From: Candidatus Omnitrophota bacterium
Lineage (GTDB): Bacteria > Omnitrophota > Gorgyraeia > Zapsychrales > JANLHA01
NCBI GenBank assembly: GCA_963662715.1
Contig: OY759724.1
Span: 1,818,662-1,882,661, forward strand
DNA: 64,000 nt
Reading direction: 5' to 3'
Shown here: piece by piece, positions 21,301 through 32,456 of the stretch
Layout: every line of letters begins with the position of its first letter
Numbering within the stretch: the stretch's first letter is position 1
Made by a program: the position numbers and the translations under genes
Notes under the pieces: model-generated
What the model was told of the DNA's origin: nothing
Databases searched by the model: none
What the model saw: only the letters and a program-made list of their open reading frames with translations

Positions 21301-22448
21301 AGCTTCCGCAGGGGGCCACCATTAAATACGGCGACGGTTCCGATATTAAGGAAAATGAAATTTTTGCAACATGGGACCCGTATACCATTCCGATCATTAC
21401 CGAGGTGAAAGGGATTGTCAATTCCGAAGACCTTATTCAGGACGTTACGGTCCAGGAAGAACAAAATCCGATTACCGGTATTACGGAGCGCGTCGTTGTT
21501 GAACATAAGCTGGAATACCATCCGCAGATCATTATCACGGACGACAAGAAAGAGGTCGTGGGGATTTATTCCATCCCGGTCGGCGCCCATATCCTTGTCA
21601 GCGATAAAGGCACGGTGAGCGCCGGGGATCTGATCGCAAAAATCCCTCGCGGTGTCGGGAAGACAAGGGATATTACGGGTGGTTTGCCCCGTGTGGCGGA
21701 GCTTTTCGAAGCGCGTCGACCGAAGGACCCCGCCATCATATCGGAAATTGACGGGATTGTGGAGTTCGGCGAGGATCGTAAAGGTCTGCGTACGATTGTC
21801 GTGCGAAGCAGTACGGGGATGTCCAAGGAATACACGATCCCCCACGGAAAACATCCTACGGTTTACAAGAATGACCGGGTGTTCGCCGGCCAGCAGCTGA
21901 CGGACGGTCCGGTTGTCCCGCATGACATTTTGCGCGTGTGCGGGGACAAGGTCTTGCAGGAATATCTCCTGAATGAAATTCAGGAAGTTTACCGCCTGCA
22001 GGGTGTGCGTATCAACGACAAGCATATCGAGCTGATTATTTCGCAGATGTTGAAGAAAGTTAAAATCGAGGATTCCGGCGATACAAGTTTTTTGGTCGGC
22101 GAACAGGTTGACCGAATAAAGTTTAAAAAAGTGAATGAACAAACATTAAAGAAAAAAGGTAAGCCGGCCCAGGCCACACCGCTTCTTTTAGGGATCACAA
22201 AAGTGTCTTTGACGACGGAGAGTTTTATCTCTGCCGCAAGCTTTCAAGAGACGACAAGAGTCTTGACAGAAGCAGCCGCATCTGGTAAAATCGATCTCTT
22301 ACGCGGCCTAAAAGAAAACGTTATCGTGGGGCATTTGATCCCCGCAGGGACGGGCCTTAAGGTTTATGATCAAGTAGAAATGGTGAAATATGCCGACGAT
22401 ACAACAGCTGATTCGCAAGAGTCGCAAACTGAAAAACAAGAAAACTAA
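18330..22448 (+). CDS. rpoC: DNA-directed RNA polymerase subunit beta'
   Basis: 1372 aa with the NADFDGD catalytic motif and Zn-binding Cys clusters. The 3' end overlaps rpsL by 59 nt. Confidence 0.97.
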   Translation: MATIKKEQIQEDRITIKIAAPDIIKSWSYGIVKKAETLNYRTLKPEKDGLFCERIFGPVRDWECNCGKYKGIKFKGITCDRCGVTVTRSSVRRERMGHIELACPVTHIWFYKAVPSRLSALMQISLRDLEKLIYYEEYVVIDPGDTPLKRKEFLSEDKYQEAIVKYGGAFKAKIGAEAVRELLKDIDLSALCKKLRKDLEKATPAGTNAKKIAKTLKIVEDFKISGNKAEWMVLDVIPVIPPDLRPLVPLEGGRFATSDLNDLYRRVINRNNRLKKLIDLKAPEIIIRNEKRMLQEAVDALLDNGRHGRPVLGSGNRPLKSLSDMLKGKQGRFRMNLLGKRVDYSGRSVIVVGPTLQLHQCGLPKKMALELFEPFIIRELREKGFVHTIKGAKRMVERAKVEVWDILDEVIKDHPIMLNRAPTLHRLSIQAFQPVLVEGKAIKLHPLVCTAFNADFDGDQMAVHLPLSLEAQIECRLQLLSVNNLFSPADGRPIVSPTQDMVLGLYYLTKDREEEQEDRIFGDKDEAIIAYNDGQIQLHTGIKLRLETQVWGDEKPSLIISQEKALVGEKPEERRRISNKQIIETTVGRILFNELLPAAYGFVNDTMDKKRIGAVIADCYKRFGQNTTVNLLDKLKEFGFNMATEAGISIAIADLTSPQQKEVHIKEAKQEVAKVEDQYRKGIITGRERYNKVIDIWTHTTEKISDLVFKQMDAFNPVFIMADSGARGSRLQIRQLSGMRGLMAKPSGEIIENPITASFREGLTVLEYFISTHGARKGLADTALKTADAGYLTRRLVDVAQECVVTELDCGTVNGITVSAIVEGDELVVSLRERIIGRVALDSIVDVITDQVVVEAGEQITEEKAAMIEQLGIEKVRIRSVLTCESDRGACQKCYGRNLASQRLVEIGEAIGVIAAQSIGEPGTQLTMRTFHIGGTASRAVEQSFYRSKNKGIIKYHQLRVVERNKEFVVLNRNGAISINNEYGREFERYQLPQGATIKYGDGSDIKENEIFATWDPYTIPIITEVKGIVNSEDLIQDVTVQEEQNPITGITERVVVEHKLEYHPQIIITDDKKEVVGIYSIPVGAHILVSDKGTVSAGDLIAKIPRGVGKTRDITGGLPRVAELFEARRPKDPAIISEIDGIVEFGEDRKGLRTIVVRSSTGMSKEYTIPHGKHPTVYKNDRVFAGQQLTDGPVVPHDILRVCGDKVLQEYLLNEIQEVYRLQGVRINDKHIELIISQMLKKVKIEDSGDTSFLVGEQVDRIKFKKVNEQTLKKKGKPAQATPLLLGITKVSLTTESFISAASFQETTRVLTEAAASGKIDLLRGLKENVIVGHLIPAGTGLKVYDQVEMVKYADDTTADSQESQTEKQEN

Positions 22449-22761
22449 ATCTCCCGCTTTAGACGAGTGCCCGCAGAAACGCGGGGTGTGTCTGCAGGTG
22501 AGAACCATGACGCCCAAAAAACCGAACTCGGCTTTGCGGAAAATCGCCCGTGTCAGATTGTCAAATCGTATTGAAGTGACAGCCTATATCCCGGGAGAGG
22601 GACACAATCTGCAGGAGCACTCCATTGTTCTGGTCCGGGGCGGACGCGTAAAGGATTTGCCGGGAGTCCGCTATCACATTGTCCGCGGGACATTGGATAC
22701 GACAGGCGTGGCGAAGCGGAAAAGATCCCGTTCAAAATACGGAACCAAGAGAGAGAAGTAA
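22390..22761 (+). CDS. rpsL: 30S ribosomal protein S12
   Basis: [10 protein letters not shown]...[10 protein letters not shown]...[13 protein letters not shown]. Alignment to S12 begins at the first Met, so the start inside rpoC is genuine. Confidence 0.95.
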   Translation: MPTIQQLIRKSRKLKNKKTKSPALDECPQKRGVCLQVRTMTPKKPNSALRKIARVRLSNRIEVTAYIPGEGHNLQEHSIVLVRGGRVKDLPGVRYHIVRGTLDTTGVAKRKRSRSKYGTKREK

Positions 22762-23231
22762 TGCGAAGACGAAGAGCAGAAAAAAGAGATACGATATCAG
22801 ACCCAAAATATAACAGTCCTTTGGTCGCTCGCTTTATCAATACGCTTATGATTAAGGGAAAGAAGACTACGGCTGAAAAGATTGTATATGGAGCCATGGA
22901 TATTCTGAAAGAACGAACACATGAAGAAAGCGGCTTAAAAGTTTTTAACAAAGCCGTTGATAATATTCGGCCCCGTCTGGAATTAAAACCGAGGCGGGTT
23001 GGCGGAGCAACCTACCAGATTCCTGTGGAAGTGAATGTCCCTCGCGGAAATTCATTGGCTTTGCGCTGGGTGCGGGATTTTGCCCGTAAGAAAAAGGGTA
23101 AGCCGATGATGGTCAAATTGGCTGATGAGCTTTTGGCTGCTTATAAATCAGAGGGGCCTGCCATTAAGAAACGAGACGAGACGCATAAGATGGCTGAGGC
23201 GAATAAGGCTTTTGCGCATTTGAGGTGGTAA
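22761..23231 (+). CDS. rpsG: 30S ribosomal protein S7
   Basis: 156 aa of the S7 family. TAATG stop/start overlap with rpsL. Confidence 0.95.
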   Translation: MRRRRAEKRDTISDPKYNSPLVARFINTLMIKGKKTTAEKIVYGAMDILKERTHEESGLKVFNKAVDNIRPRLELKPRRVGGATYQIPVEVNVPRGNSLALRWVRDFARKKKGKPMMVKLADELLAAYKSEGPAIKKRDETHKMAEANKAFAHLRW

Positions 23232-23235
23232 ACTA

Positions 23236-25338
23236 ATGGAACAAACTCCTTTAAATGATGTAAGGAACATAGGGATTATTGCCCATATTGACGCCGGCAA
23301 GACAACGACGACCGAGCGTATTCTCTATTATTCCGGGGTTATCCACAAGATGGGGACCGTTGATGAAGGCAACGCAACCATGGACTGGATGGCGCAGGAA
23401 CAGGAGCGGGGGATCACAATCACGTCGGCTAACACGACCTGTTATTGGCAGAAGCGGAAGATTAATATTATTGATACCCCTGGTCACGTTGATTTTACGG
23501 TCGAGGTGGAGCGCTCTTTGAAAGTTTTGGACGGAGCGGTTGTGGTGTTGTGTGCAACCAGCGGTGTACAGTCTCAGACAGAAACAGTCTGGCGGCAGGC
23601 CGATAGATATCATGTCCCGCGGATGATTTTTATTAACAAAATTGACCGCATGGGCGCTGATTATGATCGTATCATTGATGAAATACATGACCGTTTGGGC
23701 TGTAATGCCGCAGCGATAAATTTTCCGGATGGGGCGGAAGATGATTTTAAGGGTGTCGTCGATGTTCTTCACCGCCAATATATCACATACGAGGATGATC
23801 AGGGCATGGTTCTGAAACGCACAGCTATTCCGGAGCACCTTCAGGAGAAGACGGCGAAATATTATCACGAGCTTATAGAGGCCTTGTCGGACGTTGATGA
23901 TGAGATTATGATGAAGTTTCTTGAAGAAAAAGAAATAACTCCTCAGGAGATTAAAACGGCTATCCGCAGAGAAGTTATTAAGAATAAATTTATTCCGATT
24001 ATGGTCGGCACAGCTTTGAGAAACCGCGGTATTCAGCTCCTGCTGGACGGAATTGTCGAATATATGCCGTCCCCCCTTGATGTCCCCCCTATAACCGGCA
24101 CAAATCCCAAAACACAAGAATATACAGAACGCAAGGCATCCGCAGAGGCTCCGTTGGCGGCTTTGGTCTTTAAGATCGCTTCAGATCCCTATGTCGGGAA
24201 ACTGTTTTATACCAGGATTTATTCCGGAGAGATTTCATCCGGGTCCACGGTTTATAATCCGACCGTTCGGGCGAAGGAACGTATCGCGAAGATCGTTGTG
24301 ATGCACTCCAATAAACAGGAAATCGTGCCTAAGGTCGGAGCCGGAGAAATTGTCGCCTTGGTAGGGTTAAAAGAGACGAAATCAGGGCACACAATATGTT
24401 CGGACTCTCAACAAATTCTTATTGAAAGCATGAAAGTGCCTGAGCCCGTAGTCTCTATGGCGATTGAGCCGAAATCCAAAGCCGACCAGGATAAACTTGG
24501 TCTGGCTTTAAGAAAATTTTTGGATGAAGATCCGTCCCTGCGCGTTCAATATGATCATGAAACAGGCCAGACGATTATTTCCGGAATGGGGGAACTGCAT
24601 TTGGAAATTATCATTGATCGTATGAAGCGCGAGAATAACCTGGAAACCCATATCGGCCGGCCGCAGGTCGCATATCGGGAGGCTATTACTGAGAAAGTTA
24701 CCGGCATTGTCGGAAAATTTATCTCACAGACCGGCGGCCGCGGTCAGTACGGACATTGTGTCATTAACATGGAGCCGGCAGAAAACCCCGGGGACGGGAT
24801 TATTTTCCATAACCGTATTAAGGGAGGCGCTATCCCGAGAGAATATATCCCGGCGGTTGAGAAAGGTATCCGAGAGGGCGCGCTGAACGGTATCTTAGCC
24901 GGTTATCCGGTGACGGATTTTGTGGTGACTTTAGTTGACGGGACATATCATGAAGTGGATTCCAGTGAACTGGCTTTTCAGATGGCCGGAAAAATGGCGC
25001 TCCGGGAAGGCCTGCAAAAAGGGCGGTCCGTGTTTTTAGAGCCTGTTATGGATTTGGAAGCATCCGCTCCGGAAGAGTTCATGGGGGCCGTGATGGGGGA
25101 TTTGAACACCCGCCGGGCGAAAATTGTCAATTTAGGAACTAGAGGGAAATTAAAGACGGCTCGTTGCGAAGTGCCTTTGGCCGAAATGTTTAATTATGCC
25201 AATGCCCTTCGTTCACTCACTCAGGGCCGTGCTTCTTTTTCAATGGAGCCAGCATTTTATGCTGAGGTCCCTTATCATATCGCTGAAAAGATTAAAGGTT
25301 CAAGACAAGACGTTATGGCAAAAGCGGGTCGAACATAA
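23236..25338 (+). CDS. fusA: Elongation factor G
   Basis: 700 aa with G1 AHIDAGKTT, DTPGHVDF and NKIDR motifs and EF-G domains II-V. Confidence 0.96.
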   Translation: MEQTPLNDVRNIGIIAHIDAGKTTTTERILYYSGVIHKMGTVDEGNATMDWMAQEQERGITITSANTTCYWQKRKINIIDTPGHVDFTVEVERSLKVLDGAVVVLCATSGVQSQTETVWRQADRYHVPRMIFINKIDRMGADYDRIIDEIHDRLGCNAAAINFPDGAEDDFKGVVDVLHRQYITYEDDQGMVLKRTAIPEHLQEKTAKYYHELIEALSDVDDEIMMKFLEEKEITPQEIKTAIRREVIKNKFIPIMVGTALRNRGIQLLLDGIVEYMPSPLDVPPITGTNPKTQEYTERKASAEAPLAALVFKIASDPYVGKLFYTRIYSGEISSGSTVYNPTVRAKERIAKIVVMHSNKQEIVPKVGAGEIVALVGLKETKSGHTICSDSQQILIESMKVPEPVVSMAIEPKSKADQDKLGLALRKFLDEDPSLRVQYDHETGQTIISGMGELHLEIIIDRMKRENNLETHIGRPQVAYREAITEKVTGIVGKFISQTGGRGQYGHCVINMEPAENPGDGIIFHNRIKGGAIPREYIPAVEKGIREGALNGILAGYPVTDFVVTLVDGTYHEVDSSELAFQMAGKMALREGLQKGRSVFLEPVMDLEASAPEEFMGAVMGDLNTRRAKIVNLGTRGKLKTARCEVPLAEMFNYANALRSLTQGRASFSMEPAFYAEVPYHIAEKIKGSRQDVMAKAGRT

Positions 25339-25368
25339 AAAGAATTTAAATAAAAAGGGAGGAATGTC

Positions 25369-26562
25369 ATGGCTAAGGAAAAATTTGTAAGAAATAAACC
25401 GCATTTGAACATCGGTACGATTGGTCACGTTGATCATGGAAAGACAACGTTAAGTGCGGCCATAACCATGATTCTGAGCAAAAAAGGTCTGGCGGAAGTT
25501 CGCTCATACGATTCTATTGACAATGCTCCGGAAGAGAAAGAACGCGGGGTTACGATTAATATTGCTCACCTTGAATATGAAACAGATAAGCGCCATTATG
25601 CCCATATCGACTGTCCGGGTCACGCCGACTACATTAAGAATATGATTACCGGTGCTGCTCAGATGGACGGGGCGATTCTGGTTGTTTCCGCTGCTGACGG
25701 TCCTATGCCTCAGACCCGCGAACACATCCTGTTAGCCCGTCAGGTGAACGTTCCCCGTCTCGTCGTATTCTTGAACAAATGCGACCAGGTTGAGGATCCG
25801 GACCTGCTGGAACTGGTGGAACTGGAAGTCCGTGAACTGTTGTCCAAATATCAGTTTGACGGGGATAATACTCCCATTCTTAAAGGAAGCGCTTTGGATG
25901 CCTTGAACGACATGGAAAATGAAGAGAAGATTAAGCCGATTCTGGATCTTATGCAGGCTGTGGATGATTATATCCCGGAACCGGTGCGTGATTTGGACAA
26001 GCCGTTTTCTATGGCCGTGGAAGACGTCTTTTCTATTTCCGGCCGAGGAACAGTGGCCACCGGCCGTATCGAAAGAGGGAAGGTTAAGGTTGGCGAAGAA
26101 GTGGACTGCGTCGGCTTGCGTCCGGAAATCCAGAAGACGGTTGTGACGGGTGTGGAAATGTTCCGTAAAGAACTAGATGAAGGGCAGGCCGGGGATAACG
26201 TCGGTTTGCTTTTAAGAGGTATGGATAAAGATGCTATTGAGCGTGGCATGGTTTTGGCCAAGCCGGGATCAATCACCCCGCACACCAAATTCAAAGCCAC
26301 TGTTTACGTCCTGAAGAAGGAAGAAGGCGGACGTCATACGCCGTTTTTTAAGGGGTATCGTCCGCAATTTTATTTCCGTACGACGGACGTTACCGGAACA
26401 GCGACTCTTCCGGAAGGTGTGGAAATGTGTATGCCGGGTGACAATGTTGAATTGACCGTAGAGTTGATTATCCCGGTTGCGTTGGAAAAAGAATTGCGAT
26501 TCGCTATTCGTGAAGGCGGCCGGACCGTTGGTGCGGGTGTCGTCTCTGAAGTTATAGCTTAA
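25369..26562 (+). CDS. tuf: Elongation factor Tu
   Basis: 397 aa with [17 protein letters not shown] and NKCD motifs. It is the only tuf copy in the window. Confidence 0.97.
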   Translation: MAKEKFVRNKPHLNIGTIGHVDHGKTTLSAAITMILSKKGLAEVRSYDSIDNAPEEKERGVTINIAHLEYETDKRHYAHIDCPGHADYIKNMITGAAQMDGAILVVSAADGPMPQTREHILLARQVNVPRLVVFLNKCDQVEDPDLLELVELEVRELLSKYQFDGDNTPILKGSALDALNDMENEEKIKPILDLMQAVDDYIPEPVRDLDKPFSMAVEDVFSISGRGTVATGRIERGKVKVGEEVDCVGLRPEIQKTVVTGVEMFRKELDEGQAGDNVGLLLRGMDKDAIERGMVLAKPGSITPHTKFKATVYVLKKEEGGRHTPFFKGYRPQFYFRTTDVTGTATLPEGVEMCMPGDNVELTVELIIPVALEKELRFAIREGGRTVGAGVVSEVIA

Positions 26563-26635
26563 TATACGTTATGACAACTTAATTGAGGTGTTTGGGGGTT
26601 TTGCCCAAAACCGGCAGGAATCTCAAACAAAGCTT

Positions 26636-26938
26636 ATGCAGAAAATTAGAATAAAATTAAAGGCTTATGATCATCGGCTGATTGATCAGTCAGCGCAAGA
26701 AATTGTCGATACAGCTATCCGCACGGGAGCCCGGGTCTCCGGCCCAGTGCCGTTGCCGACCAAAAAGGAATTATACACGGTTTTGCGGTCGCCGCATATC
26801 GACAAGAAGTCTCGGGAACAGTTTCATCTGGCAATTCATAAACGTCTTATTGATTTGCTTGATCCAACTGCCAAAACCGTTGAAGCTTTGCGCAAACTCA
26901 ATCTGCCGGCCGGGGTCGATGTGGAGATAAAGCAGTAA
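26636..26938 (+). CDS. rpsJ: 30S ribosomal protein S10
   Basis: [17 protein letters not shown]... aligns with S10 from the first residue. The track start at 26588 is rejected. Confidence 0.93.
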   Translation: MQKIRIKLKAYDHRLIDQSAQEIVDTAIRTGARVSGPVPLPTKKELYTVLRSPHIDKKSREQFHLAIHKRLIDLLDPTAKTVEALRKLNLPAGVDVEIKQ

Positions 26939-26971
26939 ATCCTGGCCATTTTGTTGATATGGAGAATTAAG

Positions 26972-27682
26972 ATGATACGCGGATTACTGGGAAGAAAAAT
27001 AGGTATGACTCAGATTTTCGATAAGGAAGGGAACGTGCTTCCTGTTACAGTCGTGAAGACCGGCCCCTGTGCGATTTTGGCTCTTAAAGATTCTCCCGCT
27101 AAAGTTCAGGTGGGGTTTGAGTCCGTTAGGGAGTCGAATTTAAAAAAACCGCAGGCGGGGTATTACAAAAAATTGGGTGTCAATCCTTTGCGTATCATCC
27201 GGGAATTTGATTCCACCGATAATAAGGATTATAAGGTGGGGCAGGAGCTTAAAGCCGATGTCTTTAAAGCCGGAGATTTCGTGGACGTCTCCGGAATATC
27301 AAAAGGAAAAGGTTTTTCCGGAGGGATGAAGCGCTGGAATTGGTCCGGCGGACCTAAAGGTCACGGTTCCATGCATCATCGCCGGGTCGGTTCGATCGGT
27401 GCCAGTGCGGACCCGTCACGGACGTTTCGAGGAACTCATATGCCCGGACAGATGGGGTCGGAAAGAGTCACGGTTCAGAGTTTGCGGGTGATGGAAGTGA
27501 ACGCCGAGCAGGATTTGCTCCTGATTAAAGGCGCTGTCCCGGGCCCGAGAAATGCTATCTTAGAGATTCATATATCGAAAAAGAAGAAATTCCAATCTCT
27601 GGAAGAGAAGAAAGCTGTTGTTATTCATAAGAAGAATCCTATGAAACAAAGTAAAGCAAAAGCTAAAGGGAAGAAAAAATAG
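26972..27682 (+). CDS. rplC: 50S ribosomal protein L3 (with a Lys-rich C-terminal extension)
   Basis: MIRGLLGRKIGMTQIFD, the L3 N-terminus. GGAG RBS. C-terminal KKKKFQSLEEKK...KAKAKGKKK tail. Confidence 0.92.
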   Translation: MIRGLLGRKIGMTQIFDKEGNVLPVTVVKTGPCAILALKDSPAKVQVGFESVRESNLKKPQAGYYKKLGVNPLRIIREFDSTDNKDYKVGQELKADVFKAGDFVDVSGISKGKGFSGGMKRWNWSGGPKGHGSMHHRRVGSIGASADPSRTFRGTHMPGQMGSERVTVQSLRVMEVNAEQDLLLIKGAVPGPRNAILEIHISKKKKFQSLEEKKAVVIHKKNPMKQSKAKAKGKKK

Positions 27683-27697
27683 ATTTAAAGGACTAGA

Positions 27698-28333
27698 ATG
27701 TCAACATTACCTGTATTAGATAAAAGCGGAAAAGAAATAGAGCAGCTGAACCTGCCGGAAGAGATCTTCAGCGGTCATGTTAACACGGCTGTGATTCATC
27801 AGGCTATTGTCATGTATCAGGCCTGCTTAAGGCAGGGGAATGCTTCGACCAAGGAGCGGGGTTCTGTTTCTGGAGGAGGCAAGAAACCCTACCGGCAGAA
27901 AGGTACGGGACGGGCGCGTATCGGTTCTAACCGCGCACCACAATATATTGGCGGCGGTGTTGTCTTCGGCCCGCATCCGCGTGATTACCGGTATTCTCTT
28001 CCGAAAAAAATGCGGTTAAAAGCTCTGCAGGAAAGCTTGAACGCCAAATTTCAAGCCGATGATTTGTTGTTCGTGGCAGAATTGACGGACAAGTTTACCA
28101 AGACAAAGGATTTTGCAAAAATATTGAAGACATGGGTTGAGCGGGGAAAAATCCTGGCTTTATTAGATGGCAGTGATTCCAGTGTTCATCTGGTGAGCCG
28201 TAACATCGACCGGTTCCAGATGATCCGCGCCGAAGATGTCAATGCTTACGATGTTATGAAGAATAAGAAGTTATTATTAACGAAGACGGCCTTGGATAAA
28301 ATTTTACAACGTTTAGGGACAAAAGAGAAATGA
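27698..28333 (+). CDS. rplD: 50S ribosomal protein L4
   Basis: 211 aa of the L4 family, in operon position. Confidence 0.92.
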   Translation: MSTLPVLDKSGKEIEQLNLPEEIFSGHVNTAVIHQAIVMYQACLRQGNASTKERGSVSGGGKKPYRQKGTGRARIGSNRAPQYIGGGVVFGPHPRDYRYSLPKKMRLKALQESLNAKFQADDLLFVAELTDKFTKTKDFAKILKTWVERGKILALLDGSDSSVHLVSRNIDRFQMIRAEDVNAYDVMKNKKLLLTKTALDKILQRLGTKEK

Positions 28334-28608
28334 TTACAAGTTATGATATTGTTCAATCTTTAATCAGGACAGAAAAGGGATCCGCCTTAGAAACACAGGG
28401 CAAATATCTCTTTCAGGTGGCGTTATTCGCCAATAAAATTGAAATTCAAAAGGCTATAGAAGAAATTTACAATGTCAAAGTGGATTCCGTTAACACGATT
28501 ATTATGCCGTCCAAACGGAAAAGAGTCCGGCAGCAGTTCGGGCACACCTCCCAATGGAAGAAAGCGATTGTGACATTGAAACAGGGATTTAAAATCGACG
28601 TAACTTAA
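28330..28608 (+). CDS. rplW: 50S ribosomal protein L23
   Basis: 92 aa, in operon position. Confidence 0.9.
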   Translation: MITSYDIVQSLIRTEKGSALETQGKYLFQVALFANKIEIQKAIEEIYNVKVDSVNTIIMPSKRKRVRQQFGHTSQWKKAIVTLKQGFKIDVT

Positions 28609-28624
28609 GAGTGAGGAACTATTT

Positions 28625-29461
28625 GTGGGTATAAAACGTTATAAACCAACAACAAATGCATTAAGGCATACGGCTTTGTCCGACTTCTCCGAAATCACAA
28701 AATCCAAGCCGGAGAAATCTTTACTGCGTCCGTTAAAAAAATCAGGCGGCCGGAATATGTACGGCCGGGTCACGGCCCGTTACCGCAGCGGCGGACATAA
28801 GAGAATGTACCGGCTCATAGATTTTAAACGGCAGCGAACGGATGATGTTGCGAACGTTTTGGCCATTGAATATGATCCTAACAGGTCAGCGCGCATTGCT
28901 TTAATTCAATATCAGGATCAAACTAAAGCTTATATTTTAGCCCCTTTGGAATTAAAGGTCGGCGATCAGGTTGTCAGTTCCATCGAGGAACGCGTTGAGA
29001 TCAAGGCGGGGAACTGCATGCCGCTTTACAATATTCCGTTAGGCACGGCTGTACACAATATTGAACTTGTTCCCGGTAAGGGCGGGCAGATCGTTCGTTC
29101 TGCAGGGACTTCCGCTCAATTGATTGCCAAGGAAGGGGATTTTGTTCTGTTGCGCCTTCCTTCCAGCGAGGTTCGGAAAGTGCGCGGTCATTGCCGGGCT
29201 ACGATCGGTCAGCTGGGAAATGTAGAGCATGAGAGCCAGTCGCTAGGAAAAGCCGGCCGCAGCCGCTGGTTGGGTCGAAAGGGCAATGTCCGGGGTGTGG
29301 CCATGAATCCCATCGACCATCCTCATGGAGGCGGTGAAGGAAAGGCCCCGCAGGGGAATCCTCATCCGGTGACGCCCTGGGGCAAAGCGACTAAGGGGTT
29401 AAAAACAAGAAAAAGAAAGAAATATTCTGATCGTTTTATCGTTAAGCGAAGGACTAAGTAA
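28625..29461 (+). CDS. rplB: 50S ribosomal protein L2
   Basis: 278 aa with GRNxxG and HPHGGGEG motifs. Confidence 0.95.
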   Translation: MGIKRYKPTTNALRHTALSDFSEITKSKPEKSLLRPLKKSGGRNMYGRVTARYRSGGHKRMYRLIDFKRQRTDDVANVLAIEYDPNRSARIALIQYQDQTKAYILAPLELKVGDQVVSSIEERVEIKAGNCMPLYNIPLGTAVHNIELVPGKGGQIVRSAGTSAQLIAKEGDFVLLRLPSSEVRKVRGHCRATIGQLGNVEHESQSLGKAGRSRWLGRKGNVRGVAMNPIDHPHGGGEGKAPQGNPHPVTPWGKATKGLKTRKRKKYSDRFIVKRRTK

Positions 29462-29462
29462 C

Positions 29463-29750
29463 ATGGCTAGGTCAATTAAAAAAGGCCCGTTTGTGGCCGA
29501 GAAGTTGGAAAAAAAATTAAGACGTATGATTGAAACGGGACAACGGCAGCCCATCAAAACCTGGTCAAGACAATCAACGATTACTCCGGAGTTTGTCGGG
29601 TTCACGATTGCCGTTCATAATGGCCGAAGGCATGAACCTATTTTCATCACAGAAAATATGGTCGGTTATAAATTCGGCGACTTTGTCCCGACCAGGACGT
29701 TCCGTAAACACGGCGGGGTTAAGGCCAAGAAAGCACCGGCGAAAACTTAA
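29463..29750 (+). CDS. rpsS: 30S ribosomal protein S19
   Basis: [11 protein letters not shown]..., typical S19. Confidence 0.95.
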   Translation: MARSIKKGPFVAEKLEKKLRRMIETGQRQPIKTWSRQSTITPEFVGFTIAVHNGRRHEPIFITENMVGYKFGDFVPTRTFRKHGGVKAKKAPAKT

Positions 29751-29791
29751 TGAATACAAAGTCTAAAGCTTTAATAGAAAAGAATTGAAAA

Positions 29792-30127
29792 ATGATAGCA
29801 AAAGCACAGGGAAGATATATTAGAGTTACATCCAGCAAGGCGAAACAAGTTGTTGATCTTATCCGCGGACGGGATGTGGTAACATCATTGGCTTTGCTCA
29901 GGCAAACGAACAAACGGGTCACGGATATCCTGATCAAGATTTTGAACTCGGCCGTCAGTAATGCCAAACAAAAAGGCTTAACCGAAGATCAGCTGTATAT
30001 TTCCAAGATCACCGCTGATCAGGGACCCATGTGGAAGAGATATCGGGCGGCAACGTTCGGCCGTGCGACCCCGATTCTTAAAAGGACGACACATTTGACA
30101 ATAGAATTGGATCTTATTACTAAATAG
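29792..30127 (+). CDS. rplV: 50S ribosomal protein L22
   Basis: 111 aa, in operon position. Confidence 0.92.
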   Translation: MIAKAQGRYIRVTSSKAKQVVDLIRGRDVVTSLALLRQTNKRVTDILIKILNSAVSNAKQKGLTEDQLYISKITADQGPMWKRYRAATFGRATPILKRTTHLTIELDLITK

Positions 30128-30140
30128 GAGAATTTACGCC

Positions 30141-30812
30141 GTGGGACAAAAGGTACATCCTTACATTCAAAGAATCGGATTAATCAAGAATTGGCGCAGC
30201 CTTTGGTATGCTGATGGCGTAAAATATGCCCAGAACATCGCTGAGGATTTTAAGATCAGGAAGTATATTCGCAAGAAATTTATTCATGCCGCAGTCTCTT
30301 ATATTGTCATAGAACGGTTAGCCGCTGATCAGGTGAAAATCAAAATAGCTTCCGCGCGGCCGGGCATTATTATCGGACGCCGGGGAGCGGATATCGATAA
30401 ACTCAGGGATGACTTAAGTAAAATAACGAAGAGTGAAATTGCCATCGATATTATTGAGATCAAGGATTCTTTTTTGGAGTCCCAGCTGGTCGCCCAGAAT
30501 ATCGCTTTTCAGCTGGAAAAACGTGTGGCTTTTCGAAGAGCTGTCAAGCGGGCCATCGATCAGTCAAGGCAAGCCGGGGCTTTGGGTATTCGAGTTAAAG
30601 TTTCGGGCCGTTTGGGTGGTGCGGAAATGGCCAGAAAAGAAACGTATAAAGAAGGCTCGATCCCCTTGCAGACTTTTCGTGCGGATGTGGATTATGGATT
30701 TGCCGAAGCTCACACAACATACGGGGTCATCGGCGTGAAAGTCTGGATTTATAAGGGAGAAATTATTCGGGAAAAGAAAAGGGTAAGACCTTCAGAGTCC
30801 AAGAGTTCTTAA
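30141..30812 (+). CDS. rpsC: 30S ribosomal protein S3
   Basis: MGQKVHPYIQRIG (GTG start) with a KH domain. Confidence 0.95.
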   Translation: MGQKVHPYIQRIGLIKNWRSLWYADGVKYAQNIAEDFKIRKYIRKKFIHAAVSYIVIERLAADQVKIKIASARPGIIIGRRGADIDKLRDDLSKITKSEIAIDIIEIKDSFLESQLVAQNIAFQLEKRVAFRRAVKRAIDQSRQAGALGIRVKVSGRLGGAEMARKETYKEGSIPLQTFRADVDYGFAEAHTTYGVIGVKVWIYKGEIIREKKRVRPSESKSS

Positions 30813-30826
30813 AGGAGTAAACGATC

Positions 30827-31249
30827 ATGTTGTTAATGCCAAGAAAAGTCAAATACCGTAAAGCCCAGAAAGGAAAGAATCGTGGCATTGCGACACGCGG
30901 CAGTCATTTGCGTTTTGGTGAGTACGGACTTAAGGCCCTTGAAAACGGTCTTGTCCGGGCGAATCATATGGAAGCCTGCCGGTTGGTCATTGCCAGGAAG
31001 CTTCGGGGGACGGGCAAGATGTGGATCAATATGTTCCCCTGCAAGCCGGTGACGAAAAAACCGGCGGAAACACGAATGGGGAAAGGTAAAGGCGATTTGT
31101 CCCACTGGGTGGCCCCGGTTCAAAGAGGAAAAGTTCTTATTGAGATCAGCGGCATCCCGGAAGATTTTGCCCGTACGGTTCTTCGTTTGGTCTCTTTTAA
31201 GTTGCCGGTAAAGACAAAGTTTGTTACCCGGGCTTCACAAGGTCACTAA
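30827..31249 (+). CDS. rplP: 50S ribosomal protein L16
   Basis: MLLMPRKVKYRKAQKGKNRG. AAAGGAG RBS. Confidence 0.95.
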   Translation: MLLMPRKVKYRKAQKGKNRGIATRGSHLRFGEYGLKALENGLVRANHMEACRLVIARKLRGTGKMWINMFPCKPVTKKPAETRMGKGKGDLSHWVAPVQRGKVLIEISGIPEDFARTVLRLVSFKLPVKTKFVTRASQGH

Positions 31250-31290
31250 GCTAAAAATATCGAGTTCGGATCAAAAAGGCGCAAAAAATA

Positions 31291-31497
31291 ATGAAAGCAA
31301 AAGATTTAAGAAGTTTAAGTACCGAAGACTTGCATCAGAAAGAGAAAGCTCTGAAGAAAGAACTTTTTGAGCTGAGATATCAGCGTAAAATCGGACGGGT
31401 TGAAAGACCGTCCATGTTCAAACTGACCAAAAAAGATATTGCACGTATTCAAACTATATTGAATGAAAGAGATAAAGATGGAAACAAGGGACAATAG
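31291..31497 (+). CDS. rpmC: 50S ribosomal protein L29
   Basis: 68 aa starting MKAKDLRSLSTEDL... Confidence 0.92.
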   Translation: MKAKDLRSLSTEDLHQKEKALKKELFELRYQRKIGRVERPSMFKLTKKDIARIQTILNERDKDGNKGQ

Positions 31498-31735
31498 AAG
31501 AAAATTCCTTTCCGGGGAAGTCGTCAGTGACAAAATGAATAAAACGCGTGTTGTGCAAGTCCGCTGGTCGACGAAACATTCCAAGTATAATAAGACGATG
31601 CGGCGGGCCGTTAAATACAAAGCGCATGACGAGAAGAACGCCAGCAAACTGGGGGACGTTGTGAAAATTATGGAAACCCGGCCGTTGTCCAAAGATAAAC
31701 GCTGGGTCATTATGGAAATTGTCAAAACGAGTTAA
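31478..31735 (+). CDS. rpsQ: 30S ribosomal protein S17
   Basis: ...KFLSGEVVSDKMNKTRVVQV. The ATG at 31478 is preferred; the alternative at 31463 cannot be excluded. Overlaps the rpmC 3' end. Confidence 0.9.
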   Translation: METRDNRRKFLSGEVVSDKMNKTRVVQVRWSTKHSKYNKTMRRAVKYKAHDEKNASKLGDVVKIMETRPLSKDKRWVIMEIVKTS

Positions 31736-31745
31736 AGAGGACACT

Positions 31746-32114
31746 ATGCTTTATATGAAATCAATATTGACAGTTGCAGATAATTCCGGAGCGCGCCGGG
31801 CGTCCCTTATCGGTGTGTTAAACAGTAAGGGGCGGCGCTGGGCGCAGGTAGGAGATGTTATCCGCGTCAATGTGAAAGAATCTGCTCCGGATGCTGCTAT
31901 TAAAAAAGGGCAGATCGTGACCGGCGTCATTGTCCGGACGAAATTTCCCATTAAAAGATCCGACGGCACAACGGTGCGTTTTGATTCCAACGCTCTGGTG
32001 ATTATTGATGATGCGGGAAATCCAAAAGGGACTCGCGTTTTCGGGCCGGTGGCCCGGGAACTCAGAAACCTGGAATTTATGAAAATCATTTCATTAGCTC
32101 CTGAGGTAGTGTAA
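31746..32114 (+). CDS. rplN: 50S ribosomal protein L14
   Basis: ...LTVADNSGARR... giving 122 aa from ATG 31746 (AAAGAGGA RBS). The track ORF start at 31719 overlaps rpsQ. Confidence 0.93.
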   Translation: MLYMKSILTVADNSGARRASLIGVLNSKGRRWAQVGDVIRVNVKESAPDAAIKKGQIVTGVIVRTKFPIKRSDGTTVRFDSNALVIIDDAGNPKGTRVFGPVARELRNLEFMKIISLAPEVV

Positions 32115-32115
32115 T

Positions 32116-32427
32116 ATGTTGCGTATAAAAAAGAACGATAAAGTCATTGTCATTACGGGAAAAGATAAAGGGAAGACAGGCAGGGTTTTAAGGGTTTTGC
32201 CCGACGGACAACGGGTTGTCATCGAGAAAATTAATTTGATTAAGAAGACCAAACGCCGGACTCAGCAGGATCAGCAGGGCGGATTTGTTGAACTGGAAGC
32301 TCCTCTGCATATTTCCAATGTCATGCTTGTTGACAAAAAGACAAATAAAAGGACGAGGTTCGGAGTTTCTAAATTAAAAGACGGCAGCAAAGTTCGTATT
32401 GCAAAAATAAGCGGCGAAGTTATTTAA
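32116..32427 (+). CDS. rplX: 50S ribosomal protein L24
   Basis: 103 aa with a KOW domain, in operon position. Confidence 0.92.
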   Translation: MLRIKKNDKVIVITGKDKGKTGRVLRVLPDGQRVVIEKINLIKKTKRRTQQDQQGGFVELEAPLHISNVMLVDKKTNKRTRFGVSKLKDGSKVRIAKISGEVI

Positions 32428-32456
32428 CTGATTATTCCAAAAAGAGGTAAGAAGAC

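Noticed and set aside
21159-22142. 327-aa minus-strand ORF, plus other long antisense ORFs (16078-16941, 19836-20426, 43505-44227, 46480-47148, 47557-48168)
   Set aside because: All lie antisense to strongly conserved + strand genes (rpoB, rpoC, pilT, the GT28 gene). Their translations are low-complexity or Arg/His-rich with no recognisable family. They are typical shadow ORFs.
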